A DNA stretch of 63,969 bases, counting the filler, from Dirinaria sp. TL-2023a (taxonomy: Eukaryota): the NCBI GenBank assembly GCA_051941275.1. It is 3 parts of 3 records of this genome, joined end to end, with 100 filler letters (N's around TTAATTAATTAA, not from the genome) between each part and the next. Parts side by side here need not be neighbours in the genome. Positions count along the whole stretch, not along the records: positions 1 to 21,587 come from JAVEBF010000251.1; positions 21,688 to 43,257 come from JAVEBF010000252.1; 1 more part is not named here. One strand, given 5' to 3'. The translations under genes were made by a program, and so were the position numbers. The notes under the pieces were generated by a model. The model ran no database searches. It saw nothing but the letters and a program-made list of their open reading frames with translations, and was not told where the DNA came from. Below, in pieces: positions 12,545 to 23,272 of the stretch (within the stretch, counting starts at the first letter, position 1; each line of letters opens with the position of its first letter).

Positions 12545-13114
12545 CTACTCTAAATTAATTAGCATTTGTGTTTTTGGACTCTTCTTGCACACTCTACCAT
12601 TTGTTCTCGAGCGCTTCCTAGATGTACGATCTTTGGCGCTCTTCATTCCTCGAGAAGTGGACAATGAGCGCAAGCTAACTCCTGGCCCCGCTACCGGAGC
12701 TGAAGGAGCCACTGCTTGGTTTATCACTGCTGTGGCGTTGATAATAGGTCCAACGACTGCCGGTGTGGTAGCAACTTGGCCTGCTACTGTTGAGGTATTC
12801 ACTGCCCGGACCATCTGCTGAGGTTGAATGAACGCGTCCAACGCCACCTCGAGTGATACTTCAACCATCTTGTCAATTGCGTGAGTTAATTGCGCCATCC
12901 CTCGGAGACGTTGCACGTTGTCCGTCATTCGATCTATAGTTGCATGGTGCTGACATGGAGCATTGAATAATTGCTCTAAAGCAACGAGCTCGCCTTGATC
13001 GAGATCGATGGCGTCTCCTTGACGACGACAAAAGAGCAAAAGCTTGCGAGCTAGATTGTTGTAGTCTTCCATATCGGGCAAGAAGGAGTAATTGCCTAAC
13101 CTAAGAACTGTCAA
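12545..13114 (-). pseudogene. Hypothetical gene fragment (probable internal exon of a decayed gene)
   Basis: 189-codon open stretch with protein-like composition, preceded by a GTATAT...TTGACAG intron (~13110-13153). The upstream frame contains stops. No recognisable domain. Confidence 0.35.
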
Positions 13115-14428
13115 TCAAACGAGGTTACTATCCAAATAGGAAAAACGATATACCTGGCACTTGATTTTGATTCAGTGCTGAGGTGATGGACAAACCAATC
13201 TCTTTTGTAGGATTACCTTTGAAAAGCTGACTTCTAGGGCGCTGAAGGGAAACTTCCTCAGTTTAAGTAGCAAGATTCTAGACATTCTTGGGGATGTGAA
13301 CAAACATGCTGCATGTTGATGAGCCTTTATTCACTCGATAACACTGTAGACATATTGATAGCGTCGAGCTGAACGCTGACATGGAGTTCTGTGTAGGCAT
13401 GATGGCGTAATTTTTGTTTGTCGGACTACGAGTACTGCTCTGTATATCTTGTTGGGAGTGTTGTATGCTTGCAAAGTGTCGTAGAGATGAATGTGGTTAA
13501 TGTGTTGTCGCTTCAGTCATCTCACCGACACTGTTTCAGTACCTTTCTAGTTCTGATGACATGCACACTTCATTCCAACATTTGTGTTAGCGTTTGACGT
13601 CATCAAAAACTGTTTTATTACGTGTGTTGAGACTCAATTACGAGGATCATTCCGAGCCAAATGCTGTGTTGCCTGGTGATGTCAGTGAGTGTTGATTGAC
13701 AGATAGTTCGTAAGAACGCTGATCGTAGAATAATATGTGAATCCTGTCAAATACATGCTGTGGGAAACTCACCGATATCAGCAGCGATGAGCATGTGCCT
13801 GCTATTCTCGCGACAAGAACATTGGAACAATATCATCGAGAGTGAACAATGATCGCAATCGTTCTCAATCATATACCAGTCCTGTTTGACTTGAGGTGTT
13901 GTCGATCGTATACGTGCCTTTGAAGCAGCAGGTAAAGTAGTTAGTCAATAGACCTAGCTTTGATGCTATGCGAATACTCGAGAAAGGACATCCGTGCATA
14001 TTAAAGGAAATCATTTATAAAAATCCCTAAGCTCTCCCATGCCACCAACCCCTGAGATACGAGCTCCGATCTCCCTCAGGAGTGGTTTGTATATCGCTCT
14101 CCAGAGGGTTTCATTGAGCCATCGAGGTGTGGAAATTGTTTTTCACATAACCTACTGGCAGAATTTTGTGAAAATGACTTCGGTGGAACATCAACTGAAC
14201 ATCTACGTCCCCTGGTCGCGAACGATGATTCCTTGTCTATAAAACAAGACATCGTCCACTAGCTTACATACATGATTATTGGTCTATAATTGGGCGTACT
14301 CGTAGCTAATTGTTGGATTGTGATCTGTGAAGGTCAAGATAAAGGTTCTTTTGAAATAGCATCAACCCCATCAGCCGATGAAATCTGCACCAGCGGTGCA
14401 TTAGATGCATTCCGGCCATAAGGTGTAA

Positions 14429-16156
14429 TCAGCCACACCTTCGCCGATCCGCCCATGTACTCGCGCCAATATCTGGATACAAAACCCCTGTGATATCGAC
14501 AACCTTTTCCAGCGTCATGACATTACTGACGTTCTGTACATATGTTGACCCGTGCGCGCCTACAATCAGCGCAGATCGTGGCACTCGATCCTGCGCGGCG
14601 GCGAAGACCCACTGCCTTGCATAGCCTGCATCCCATCTCACAGCATTGGAAGTGGGGTAGACTGGTCCTTGGTTGTTGAAGTCTCCTGGATCGACAACAT
14701 CCGCATTGAACACCACCACGCCTGTATCGTCCTTGGGACAGGCGGCTGTCGCGACACCGTAGCTCCAATCCACGGCGTGAGGGCTCTCTGGATGCCAGAA
14801 CGCCCGAAACTGCAACTTTCCGTCACTCAAGATGAAGGGGTTTTCTTCGGTGTAAGTTGCAAATTTGATTTCGCCACCGTTCACGTTGGAGTAGTAGTCT
14901 TGGGCGATCTCAGGTACGACGAGCGTGGCGCCAGCGGCGACATAATCGGCCACACCACCAGCGTGATCGCGATGGTGGTGAGATGGGACCACGTAGGCGA
15001 TTTTCTTGGCAGAATTCTGTGCAACCCATTTGATAAGGATCTTGGATCTGAATGGTGAGGCGTCGGTAATGAGGAAGTATTCGTCAAATTCGACAAGGAG
15101 CTGGACATAGTCGGCGTAGCCAACCCACACTGATTTGATGGCTGGTATTGCCGGAATGGGATACTCAACAGTGACATTGAGAGCGTCAAATCCAAAGGGC
15201 CCGCCCCATAATGCTGTCTCAAAGAACTCATGCACCTCAGATCTGGGGTAATCTAAGCTTTGCTGGGGAGACGCACGCGAGGTTTTGGAGGACTCTGGTT
15301 CGAAGTAGTCGGCGGGCCAGGGGGGGTTGATGCGGAGAATGTCCACGAAAAAGTCCTCCACCATATTGAAGGTGTTATATACCGTTTGGAATCTTCGGGG
15401 CAGAAGGACGTCGCCAAAGGTGCTGTAAGTGGAGAAAAGAACATCGCTAGTCGAGTTGCCGAAGATCTTGTGCTGTTCGTAGGACCGAACCATGTATGGA
15501 AGGTCATTCTTCACTACCAAGGTTAGGCCGAGAGTAGGATGCTCAATGCCGGGTAAGGTGACATCAGTCAGAGGATCTCTGATGTCGTGCATTGCAAGCG
15601 ATGGAGCTGCAAGGAATTGCTTGATCAGCCAAGGAAGGGCAAATTGATGCGCTTGATGTACAAGGTAGTCAGTCAGGTAAGGGTCTGCATATCCTAGTGC
15701 AACCGTATGGTCGTTGGCGTAAAAACTATTCTGCCCACGGTTGAAGCAAGCGAACCCATCGGGGCCGTCTTCAACGACGACGGAGTAATTTATGACTGGG
15801 GCGAGAGTGGGCCATGCCCAGATCCAGTAATCGTTGTAACTATATACTCGATCAATGCGCTCTTGAAGCATGCCGTTACGCGCACGGAACGACATTATTT
15901 GGGCTCCAGCGGCAGAAACTGACTGGTCGGATCGCTTCAGCCCATAGCTCTGAGTTAGAGTCTGGCTGCGATAGATCGTTCTGGCGTCGTAAGAGAAAGC
16001 AGTAATGTTCTTGATGGCTTCGATTCCCCCCAAAACCGCCACAGTTCTTTGAAGCACCTGTAAAGCCTCCATTTCCGAGGGTCCATTGACCGCGGCAGAG
16101 GTTAGAAGAGAGAGCAGCGTGGCGGCGATTGGAATCATCAGAAGCATTGTGGACAT
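14429..16156 (-). CDS. Secreted metallo-beta-lactamase-fold hydrolase, intronless, 575 aa
   Basis: Hydrophobic signal peptide (MLLMIPIAATLLSLLTSA). MBL metal ligands SHHHRDHAGG (HxHxDH), SPHAVD, NADVV and GAHG, plus LITDASP. A long N-terminal beta-rich extension as in bacterial members of this subfamily. Confidence 0.85.
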   Translation of the reverse strand: MSTMLLMIPIAATLLSLLTSAAVNGPSEMEALQVLQRTVAVLGGIEAIKNITAFSYDARTIYRSQTLTQSYGLKRSDQSVSAAGAQIMSFRARNGMLQERIDRVYSYNDYWIWAWPTLAPVINYSVVVEDGPDGFACFNRGQNSFYANDHTVALGYADPYLTDYLVHQAHQFALPWLIKQFLAAPSLAMHDIRDPLTDVTLPGIEHPTLGLTLVVKNDLPYMVRSYEQHKIFGNSTSDVLFSTYSTFGDVLLPRRFQTVYNTFNMVEDFFVDILRINPPWPADYFEPESSKTSRASPQQSLDYPRSEVHEFFETALWGGPFGFDALNVTVEYPIPAIPAIKSVWVGYADYVQLLVEFDEYFLITDASPFRSKILIKWVAQNSAKKIAYVVPSHHHRDHAGGVADYVAAGATLVVPEIAQDYYSNVNGGEIKFATYTEENPFILSDGKLQFRAFWHPESPHAVDWSYGVATAACPKDDTGVVVFNADVVDPGDFNNQGPVYPTSNAVRWDAGYARQWVFAAAQDRVPRSALIVGAHGSTYVQNVSNVMTLEKVVDITGVLYPDIGASTWADRRRCG

Positions 16157-16673
16157 GACAAGGCAAGCTCAAAGGACGATTGTTTGTCTGAGAAGTCTTA
16201 ATGTTGAGGTGGTGATAATCCCAAATGGATTGCCTGACATATATACTTTTTCCATCGCCAATTTCGCCTAAAAATTTCCCGCAGAAATTGAAAACCATCA
16301 GTGGAAAAGAAGACGTCCTTTGTATGATGTCTGTCGGTCAAGTGCAGTCAAGAGATCTTGTGCTCAGCCTCTTCGATGGTGTCGGAGTCTAGTGCGACAT
16401 TTCGGAGCTTAAAACATTCCGAATGGTGGTAGCGCATTCAGCCGCGCTGGCCTTGAATTTCGGGTTTCCACTCGAGAATGACGACGTATCAGCATATTTT
16501 AAATGTCATCGTTTCAGTTCTGAGCCGAATCTCTAGTAGTCGCAAGCTCTTGAACCGTTCCAAGCTTGGACAATAGCTCACAACAACCATGACTCCCGAA
16601 TACGGCTAATGCTGAATGGAGCAATCTAGCGCTGCTCTCGAAGATCTGCAGTAAATGATATGTCTTCCCAGCT

Positions 16674-18533
16674 TTAGAAGGCAAACTGATTGTTCAAAGC
16701 CTGGCTGGCAACCGGTAGACCCAGGTTTTCAAACCTTGGGAAAGCTGGCATGTCAGCTAGCGCATCCAATTCCAACGGCTCAACCCTATTTGATAACGTG
16801 GCAGCTGGAAGAGAGTAAGGAGCTCTTCCCAATTCTCCAGCAGCGACTCGGGGGAAAGTTGCTCGCGTAGCCTGAGAGGAAACTTCTAATCCATGACCGC
16901 GCATTTGCCTGGCCGCCGTGTCGTCTCCTAGCGAACCGATCTTTTGATGGCGGAAGTTGTCAAGCTGTCTGATCTGATCGACCATATTCTCCACTACGCC
17001 GGAAATGATTGAAGGCACTCGGCACATCATCTCGCCGGCTGTTACTCGTAGTTTACTACGTATTTGATCGAAGTAGTTCTCTATTCTCAAATTGCGTTCA
17101 TCGATGAATTGGGACAGTGCGTGACGCGGGTAGCTCACAGTCGCCTGGATCAGGGATAAGATTCTAAGCGCATACAGTGCTTTTGCGTACGTAAAAGTTG
17201 GACACCCTCGCAGTGTATCATCCTCCATCAGTATCATGCCATCGAGTATTGCATGACAAGCAAGGATCAAGTCGATGACAGCTTTGGCATACACGGGGTT
17301 TGAGACTCCACCTCGCGTAATTGTTTGGTCAGGCTTAGATACGTATGGGGGAGTCAGCTCTTCGAAGTTGTGATCGGTAAATAATATGTTTTCAAAGAGT
17401 CTGGCCTTGCAGTAATGAAGATGCACGTAAAGGGAACCTAAAATGTTAGCTTCCACCATCAATGAGCACAAGCCGCGTAAGAACATACCGTTTATAATTT
17501 CCGGCCCAAGGCCTGACTCCCACTCGTTAATTTCACAAACCAGGGCATCTATTTCGAAGTCTGTAGAATACCTTCTGGCCTGCTCGATCTTGTCAGCGAT
17601 AAGCTGTAGCTTCAGCCACGCTGCAAGCCGTTTGTCATTGGCAGTGATTGCCAAGGACTCAAAAAGATCCAATATTAAATGGACTGATGAAGTGAAAGTC
17701 ACCGAGCAGCGACGGCGGAGACTTATAGCAGCAGATGAGCATGCTTGAAAGACAGCAAGCATAGTCCGCCATTTTTCGGCACAGTGCGGCAAGTAATCAT
17801 GTTGTTCCGAATACATGCTACCGCTGAGTCCTAGTTGCACAGCCATTGTGTTTGCAATGTGAAACCATTGGTAAAAGTTTAAGTTTCGAAGGTCATCGGG
17901 CGGGTTATACCAGGATGCAAGTATCAACATAGATTGAATAAGCTCAATGCTTTTGTTCCCTTTGATAATGGCGCTGTCGATGATCTTCTGAGTCAAACAA
18001 GCATGAAGGGTTTCGAACTGAGACGGGTTTTGCGTACTGCTAGCAGCGGTGACACAAGCCAAGAGCAAAATAGGCTTTTTGGTGCGCAGAGCTTCGAAAG
18101 ATTCCGAGATCTCGATGATCGGATACTGAGGTAATAGAGAGTCTACGAACAATCGAAACAGCTCCGCGGCGAGACCATCCGGAACGGGCAGGGACGAGCT
18201 CTGGTGGCAAAGCAGCTGACTGTCCACAATTGGGGTAATCCTCATTGACGAGCCCGATGAGCGTGTAATTTCAGCCGGTGATGAGGCGTGCAAGCGTTGG
18301 AGCATTGATTTCATCTCATGAAGCTCATTTTCGAGACTGCTAACGCGCGCATCGGTCCTCTTGCGCCTCTGCCTTGAGGCAAGGGGCGCAAAGTCGCAAG
18401 CTGCTTTAGCTTCCAGACAACGATTGCATTTGCCGGTCGATTCGACGCTGTCAAGAGGGCATTTCAACTTCGAATTTCGGCATCTTTCGCATGCGTACTT
18501 GTATGGTCTGGGCTTAGTCGTTGGTTCTGGCAT
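16674..18533 (-). CDS. Zn(II)2Cys6 fungal transcription factor
   Basis: ACERCRNSKLKCPLDSVESTGKCNRCLEAKAAC binuclear cluster, a coiled coil (RVSSLENEL) and a fungal TF middle region. One probable in-frame intron at ~17439-17488 (GTATGT...CTAACATTTTAG). Confidence 0.93.
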   Translation of the reverse strand: MPEPTTKPRPYKYACERCRNSKLKCPLDSVESTGKCNRCLEAKAACDFAPLASRQRRKRTDARVSSLENELHEMKSMLQRLHASSPAEITRSSGSSMRITPIVDSQLLCHQSSSLPVPDGLAAELFRLFVDSLLPQYPIIEISESFEALRTKKPILLLACVTAASSTQNPSQFETLHACLTQKIIDSAIIKGNKSIELIQSMLILASWYNPPDDLRNLNFYQWFHIANTMAVQLGLSGSMYSEQHDYLPHCAEKWRTMLAVFQACSSAAISLRRRCSVTFTSSVHLILDLFESLAITANDKRLAAWLKLQLIADKIEQARRYSTDFEIDALVCEINEWESGLGPEIINGMFLRGLCSLMVEANILGSLYVHLHYCKARLFENILFTDHNFEELTPPYVSKPDQTITRGGVSNPVYAKAVIDLILACHAILDGMILMEDDTLRGCPTFTYAKALYALRILSLIQATVSYPRHALSQFIDERNLRIENYFDQIRSKLRVTAGEMMCRVPSIISGVVENMVDQIRQLDNFRHQKIGSLGDDTAARQMRGHGLEVSSQATRATFPRVAAGELGRAPYSLPAATLSNRVEPLELDALADMPAFPRFENLGLPVASQALNNQFAF

Positions 18534-19550
18534 TGGGAGCGCTCAGACAGCTTGTACGTATCAATACGCGACCGGTACAGTATTCATTTGTTGCCGTTGC
18601 TGCTTATCTTGAATATCAGCGATCGAAGAAGACCTCCAAAGCAATAATGACAAGCGCTGATGAATTTGCGAAAAGGCTCAGCCGCACACTAGACCCATTC
18701 GGTTAGACCGGATTAACTAGTCTTAGTCATCACCAAAAGACAACCTAAAAAGTGCTTGAAGAGTAATTCAGCTGTCACCTCCTCAACCGTTAGCTTTCTC
18801 CGCTGCGCTCAACGAAGCGCAAGAATCATGGCCACAGGCTAGCTATCGCGTTATCATGCTTTTCCATCCTGGAAGTGGTTATTTACAGGATTCAGGCAGT
18901 ATGCACATGGGGTCTTTTTGCCGCAGCTGACGCGTCCGACTAACGTCCTAGGATGGTCCAGGTCGGCTTCACTCAGCCTCGACTCAGAGATTCAGGATGA
19001 AGTGATAGCAGGTATGATTATAGCAACTCATGATAGGATCATTGGGTGCCATAAGTCTTCTTCGCCTTAATTCAAAGCGGAAAGAATGATGTTCAACCCT
19101 GAGGACAGATCCTGTAGACTTTTGAGCGGTCTGTCAGTTCATGGGATGCGGATATCCGCGTTTTTTCATATCCCTCAATTCGACATCACTAGCAACGGAC
19201 ATACTGCGCAGACACATCACGCATTTTGCATTTCAAACATAGTGTAGCACCGTTGTCTTGACAAGCCTGATAGTGAGCTGATCATTTTCTCGCTGATCGT
19301 ATCGAACGGCTCACGTCCAACGATTTTTAGTGTATACATTCGGCATGCGCTACTAGCCTCGTGGCTCCTATAATTTGTTACTGGTGGAAGACATAATGTT
19401 TGAGTCCATATGTGGAGTGGAAACGGTCCGTGCTGATGTGGTTCCTAGCAGGACCGCGTCTTCTATTCTCTCTACGGCCATCTGTCATTGATGAGACAGT
19501 ACCTCAAGCCTGGCTATTCCTTTCATCTTTAGAATTGATGTTTATCTCTT

Positions 19551-21346
19551 TCAAGTCGGACTATACTTGCTCCACCCCCGAATCTTCTTCCCAAAAATGT
19601 AAAATAATATCGGACACGGTAGAAAAGCAACTGCCAGAAAGCCAAGCAGACTTGTCGCCCAGTCCACGCCTAGCCTCTTATACATGGCTGCTGCGAACAT
19701 GGGAAAGCCGCTTCCAGCTATGCTGCGTACTAAAGTGTTGGCTGCAAGGGCGGAATTGGCGTACATGAGGTACACATCGATAAGATAAGACATGCCTTGC
19801 AAAAAGATCATCTGGATCCCTGCTCCAATCGGGATCCCCGCGATAACTTGTGGCGCCCAATGCACGTGTGGATTGCTTGTCCAGGCGAACCAGAAGAGCC
19901 CGATTGGCAGCAGAAATGCGCCCAGTATCATTGGTATCAGGCGTTCTTCAGGAATGGGTTTCCCACCATTGGCGATCATCTTCCGCTTGAAGCGGGTCTG
20001 GGACGTGTAGACCACGATGGCGACCCCGACGATGACACCCAGCATTAAGCCCAGGAATGGCAACGCTCCCACGCCCAGATTCCATCCTCGTTCCTCTTGG
20101 AAGGCGATAGGGTAGGCTTCGAAGAACAGGTAGATGACGCCATAAATGAAGGACATGTAGAGCGTCATCAGGATGAGAATTGGTTCGGTCACCGTCATCG
20201 CCAAAGGGCGGAGGAGGTATCGCCGCGCGATGGATTGGAGATCGATTCGCTGCTCTTCAGCCGGAGCATGAAGGGCCCAGTTCTTCGTCTGAAAGCGGAG
20301 TTCGCTAGCCTTACGTTGGAGAAGGACAGGAGCGTAACTCTCACTGCACACCAAAAACGCCAGTGTCCAGAACACCAACGCCAGAATGAGCGTCATCCAG
20401 CTCGTCCAACGCCAGCCCATGTTGTGATTCATGACGATGAAACCCCCAGCGATAGGACCTGTCACCGGTCCGATAAATGTGGCGCCCGAGAACAAGCCGA
20501 GGGCAAAACCTCTTTCAACCGGGCCCCAAATGTCAGCGAGAGCCCCGCCAATGACTGCTATGGCAGAGGCACCGAAGACCCCCTGCAGGAAGCGGAAGAG
20601 CATAATAGTTTCAATGTTGCGGGCGACGGCAACTGGGATCTGAAAAATTGCAAACACGAAATAACCCGCGAAGAGGGGGATTTTGCGACCATAGAGCTCA
20701 CCTGCGGGATGAGATAAGGTAAATGGGAAGGTGGGAACAGAAAGATTGGCGGGAGGAACGTACTGAGAGGGCCCCAAAGCATTGGACCGATGGCAAAACC
20801 CTAGGCGACAGTCTCAGTCCGCGTTGATCGTAGCCCAGGGTGTGATGCGGAACCCACCAATACTATCAGCGCCGTGCCTAGGGTCATGACCTCCGTCGAC
20901 ACTCCAAACTCCTTTGACGTGACTTCTGTTGCCGTGCTAAATACGCTACTTGCAAAAGTGAGGGTGATGGTCAAAGTGGAATAGAGAACGGTGGTGATGT
21001 ATTTCTTGCTATTTGGCCAGTTCTGGGGGCTTTGCGGGTCATCGGGACCTGTCGAAACTGCTCAGCGGACTGCTCGACTGCACTGTAGACTTGGAGCAGT
21101 CACACCTTCCCATCCGACGACAGTAGGATCGTTGACCTTCTCCTGAGCTTCTGATCTTGCTTCTGCTACTTCGGCTGGAGCTGACTCGCGTGTTTCTCCG
21201 TCGGACATGCCTTTCTCTATATCGGGCTCTTTTCCCCCTGCTTGCGTACTACTTGTACTCGCTGCTTCCGAAGATGTTCTCTTGCCATCGGCAGCAGCTT
21301 GGAGCTGCCACAGCCGGTCTGGCTGTGTAATCGGAGGAGTAGACAT
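19551..21346 (-). CDS. MFS drug:H+ antiporter (DHA1, TPO/FLR-like), 4 exons
   Basis: VGWE|GPDDPQSPQNW, GPMLWGPLSELYGRK, RFLQGVFG, ALADIW...ERG, WRWTSW, ESYAPVLLQRKA, PEERL and YLIDVY..YANSALAANTLVRS, with introns at ~21050-21105, ~20801-20858 and ~20702-20762. The promoter runs into the contig end. Confidence 0.93.
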
Positions 21347-21587
21347 GGACTGGTTCCCAGAACGGTCCAATACGATACTGGGGGAGAATTTTGGATGGAG
21401 GTTCGTTGATATAACGCTAAGCTCGCGGGGAAACTTGGCAACAAGAAGGTACGGACCGTTTGAGGGGCCCCAAAAATCAGGGGACTAGGCCATTTTAACC
21501 ACCTGCCCCTTGGGCACCCACAGAGTCCCTCAAAGTGGAAAAACCTATCAAAAAGGGAGTGTGACAAGGGGGTGCGTCACTTAAGGG

Positions 21588-21687
21588 NNNNNNNNNNNNN
21601 NNNNNNNNNNNNNNNNNNNNNNNNNNNNNNNTTAATTAATTAANNNNNNNNNNNNNNNNNNNNNNNNNNNNNNNNNNNNNNNNNNNN
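21588..21687. other. Assembly gap with artificial six-frame stop linker (N44-TTAATTAATTAA-N44)
   Basis: TTAATTAATTAA at 21632-21643 sits inside Ns, and the flanks are homopolymer-noisy, as expected of low-quality contig ends. Confidence 0.97.
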
Positions 21688-23236
21688 GGTGCGGTGAGAG
21701 GAATAGGAGTTAGATTGAGAGATAAGATACTGATCTTTTTGTTCTTTTTGTCGACAGTCATATATATACATACAGAAGTATCTTTTTTTGATTCAATGAA
21801 GTAAAAGGAAGGAAATGAGATACGGTTTTAATAATTTACTCTTTCACATTTCCTCTCCCTACTTAGGTACATTCTTTACACTTTCGTACTCTCGACTGAC
21901 TGCGTATGTGTCTATAGATCTTACGTAAATATAAACGTGATTTAATAATTGATGGCAGCTAGGCTTTTTCTTTATCCCACAGAATAGGTGTATAATCTCT
22001 CCTATCAGTATTCCTTCCACATGCTCTGGAAAAAGATGAAAAGAAAAAGAAAAGAAGGGGCACTTGGGAAAAAATTTTTTTTTTTTTTTTTTTTTGAAAT
22101 AGGGGTTCTCGCTCTTTTTCCTGGTGCTGCAGATGGCATCTAGAGTCGAGTAGAGAGGTAAAGCCTTTATTGCGTAAGGAAGAAAAAAAAAGAAAAAATA
22201 GAAAAGACGCCCACCCTACTCTGCTTGCTACACTATTCTTCTTCTGATTTAGATCTAATGAACACAGGATTCGATGCCCGAGGTCTAAATCAAGAAAAAG
22301 ATACACGTTCACCACCAACCAACGCATCCAATTTTCCCCCTAAGAATTTTCAGCCTGAGGATATTATCAATCTAAAACCCTCAATTCAAACGCAGGCCAA
22401 GGCAGAAACCTCTGAGGTCGTAGCCTAGCCTGTACAGTATCTGTCTCTTGTTCTCGTGATTTCTTCACCAGCGGGGATTCAGCGAGGTATGATTCGTCAA
22501 TGGGCTCAGAGGGAGACTTCAACCTCATAATAGATCCGATCATATAGTGTTGGCGGATATAGATGTCGATGTAGATGGAGATGGAGAAGTGGTGGGATGT
22601 ATGAGAAAGCGAGAAGAAGACACGCATGGGTAAACAACGTAGACCTGGTTTATTCGAGCACCTACCTACATTAGACATATATTCTGCTGGAATAGATCTT
22701 GTGAGGAGGGCGGTGGGCGCATAGTAGGTGTCACAAAAAAAGGCTAGTATGCCTTTTAGAGGATTTGCCGGTTTCTGTGCCAAAAATATCTACAGTACGG
22801 CTGTGATGGCGCGATTTGGAGGGTATTCAAAAGCAACTGTTATCACTCATACTTGTGGAACCCTCTTTTCTTCCGCGTGCAACGCCTGGTGTCCAAAGAA
22901 CGATCTTCGAATCGTTGAATTTAATAAACTTGCAAAAATAGTCGTTACGTAAGCCTGTATATTTTGATTAACATAGTCTAGCGCGGCTAAGGCCTTTCTT
23001 CAAGCGAGACTTGGCGTGATTGGCTAATATGAGCGCCAAGCAAGGCGCACACTCCGGGGGTTCGGCACGGCACGGCAGATCCGAAAAGACAATTCTGGAT
23101 ACTGTATTATCGATGTCGTATGCGAGTACCTCCGTGGTGTCTGCCACATACAATTGTATGGAATTACTGCCATGAAAATTCTTATATTCACATATATGTC
23201 GTTGTGGGGGGTGGGGCGCAGAATACATTACTACTC

Positions 23237-23237
<1 letters not shown>

Positions 23238-23272
<35 letters not shown>
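23238..23272 (+). repeat. (TGC)11 microsatellite
   Basis: Eleven TGC units read directly; they produce the spurious poly-Leu in ORF 23120-23479. Confidence 0.9.

Noticed and set aside
16380..16425. CGG/CCG triplets upstream of the MBL gene (and the CGGATATCCG palindrome near 19149) as Zn2Cys6 binding sites
   Set aside because: Such short motifs occur often by chance, and I saw no shared spacing between promoters.
21632..21643. TTAATTAATTAA palindrome (also at 43302-43313) as a biological motif
   Set aside because: It is centred in exactly 44 Ns on each side and gives stops in all six frames, so it is an assembly linker.
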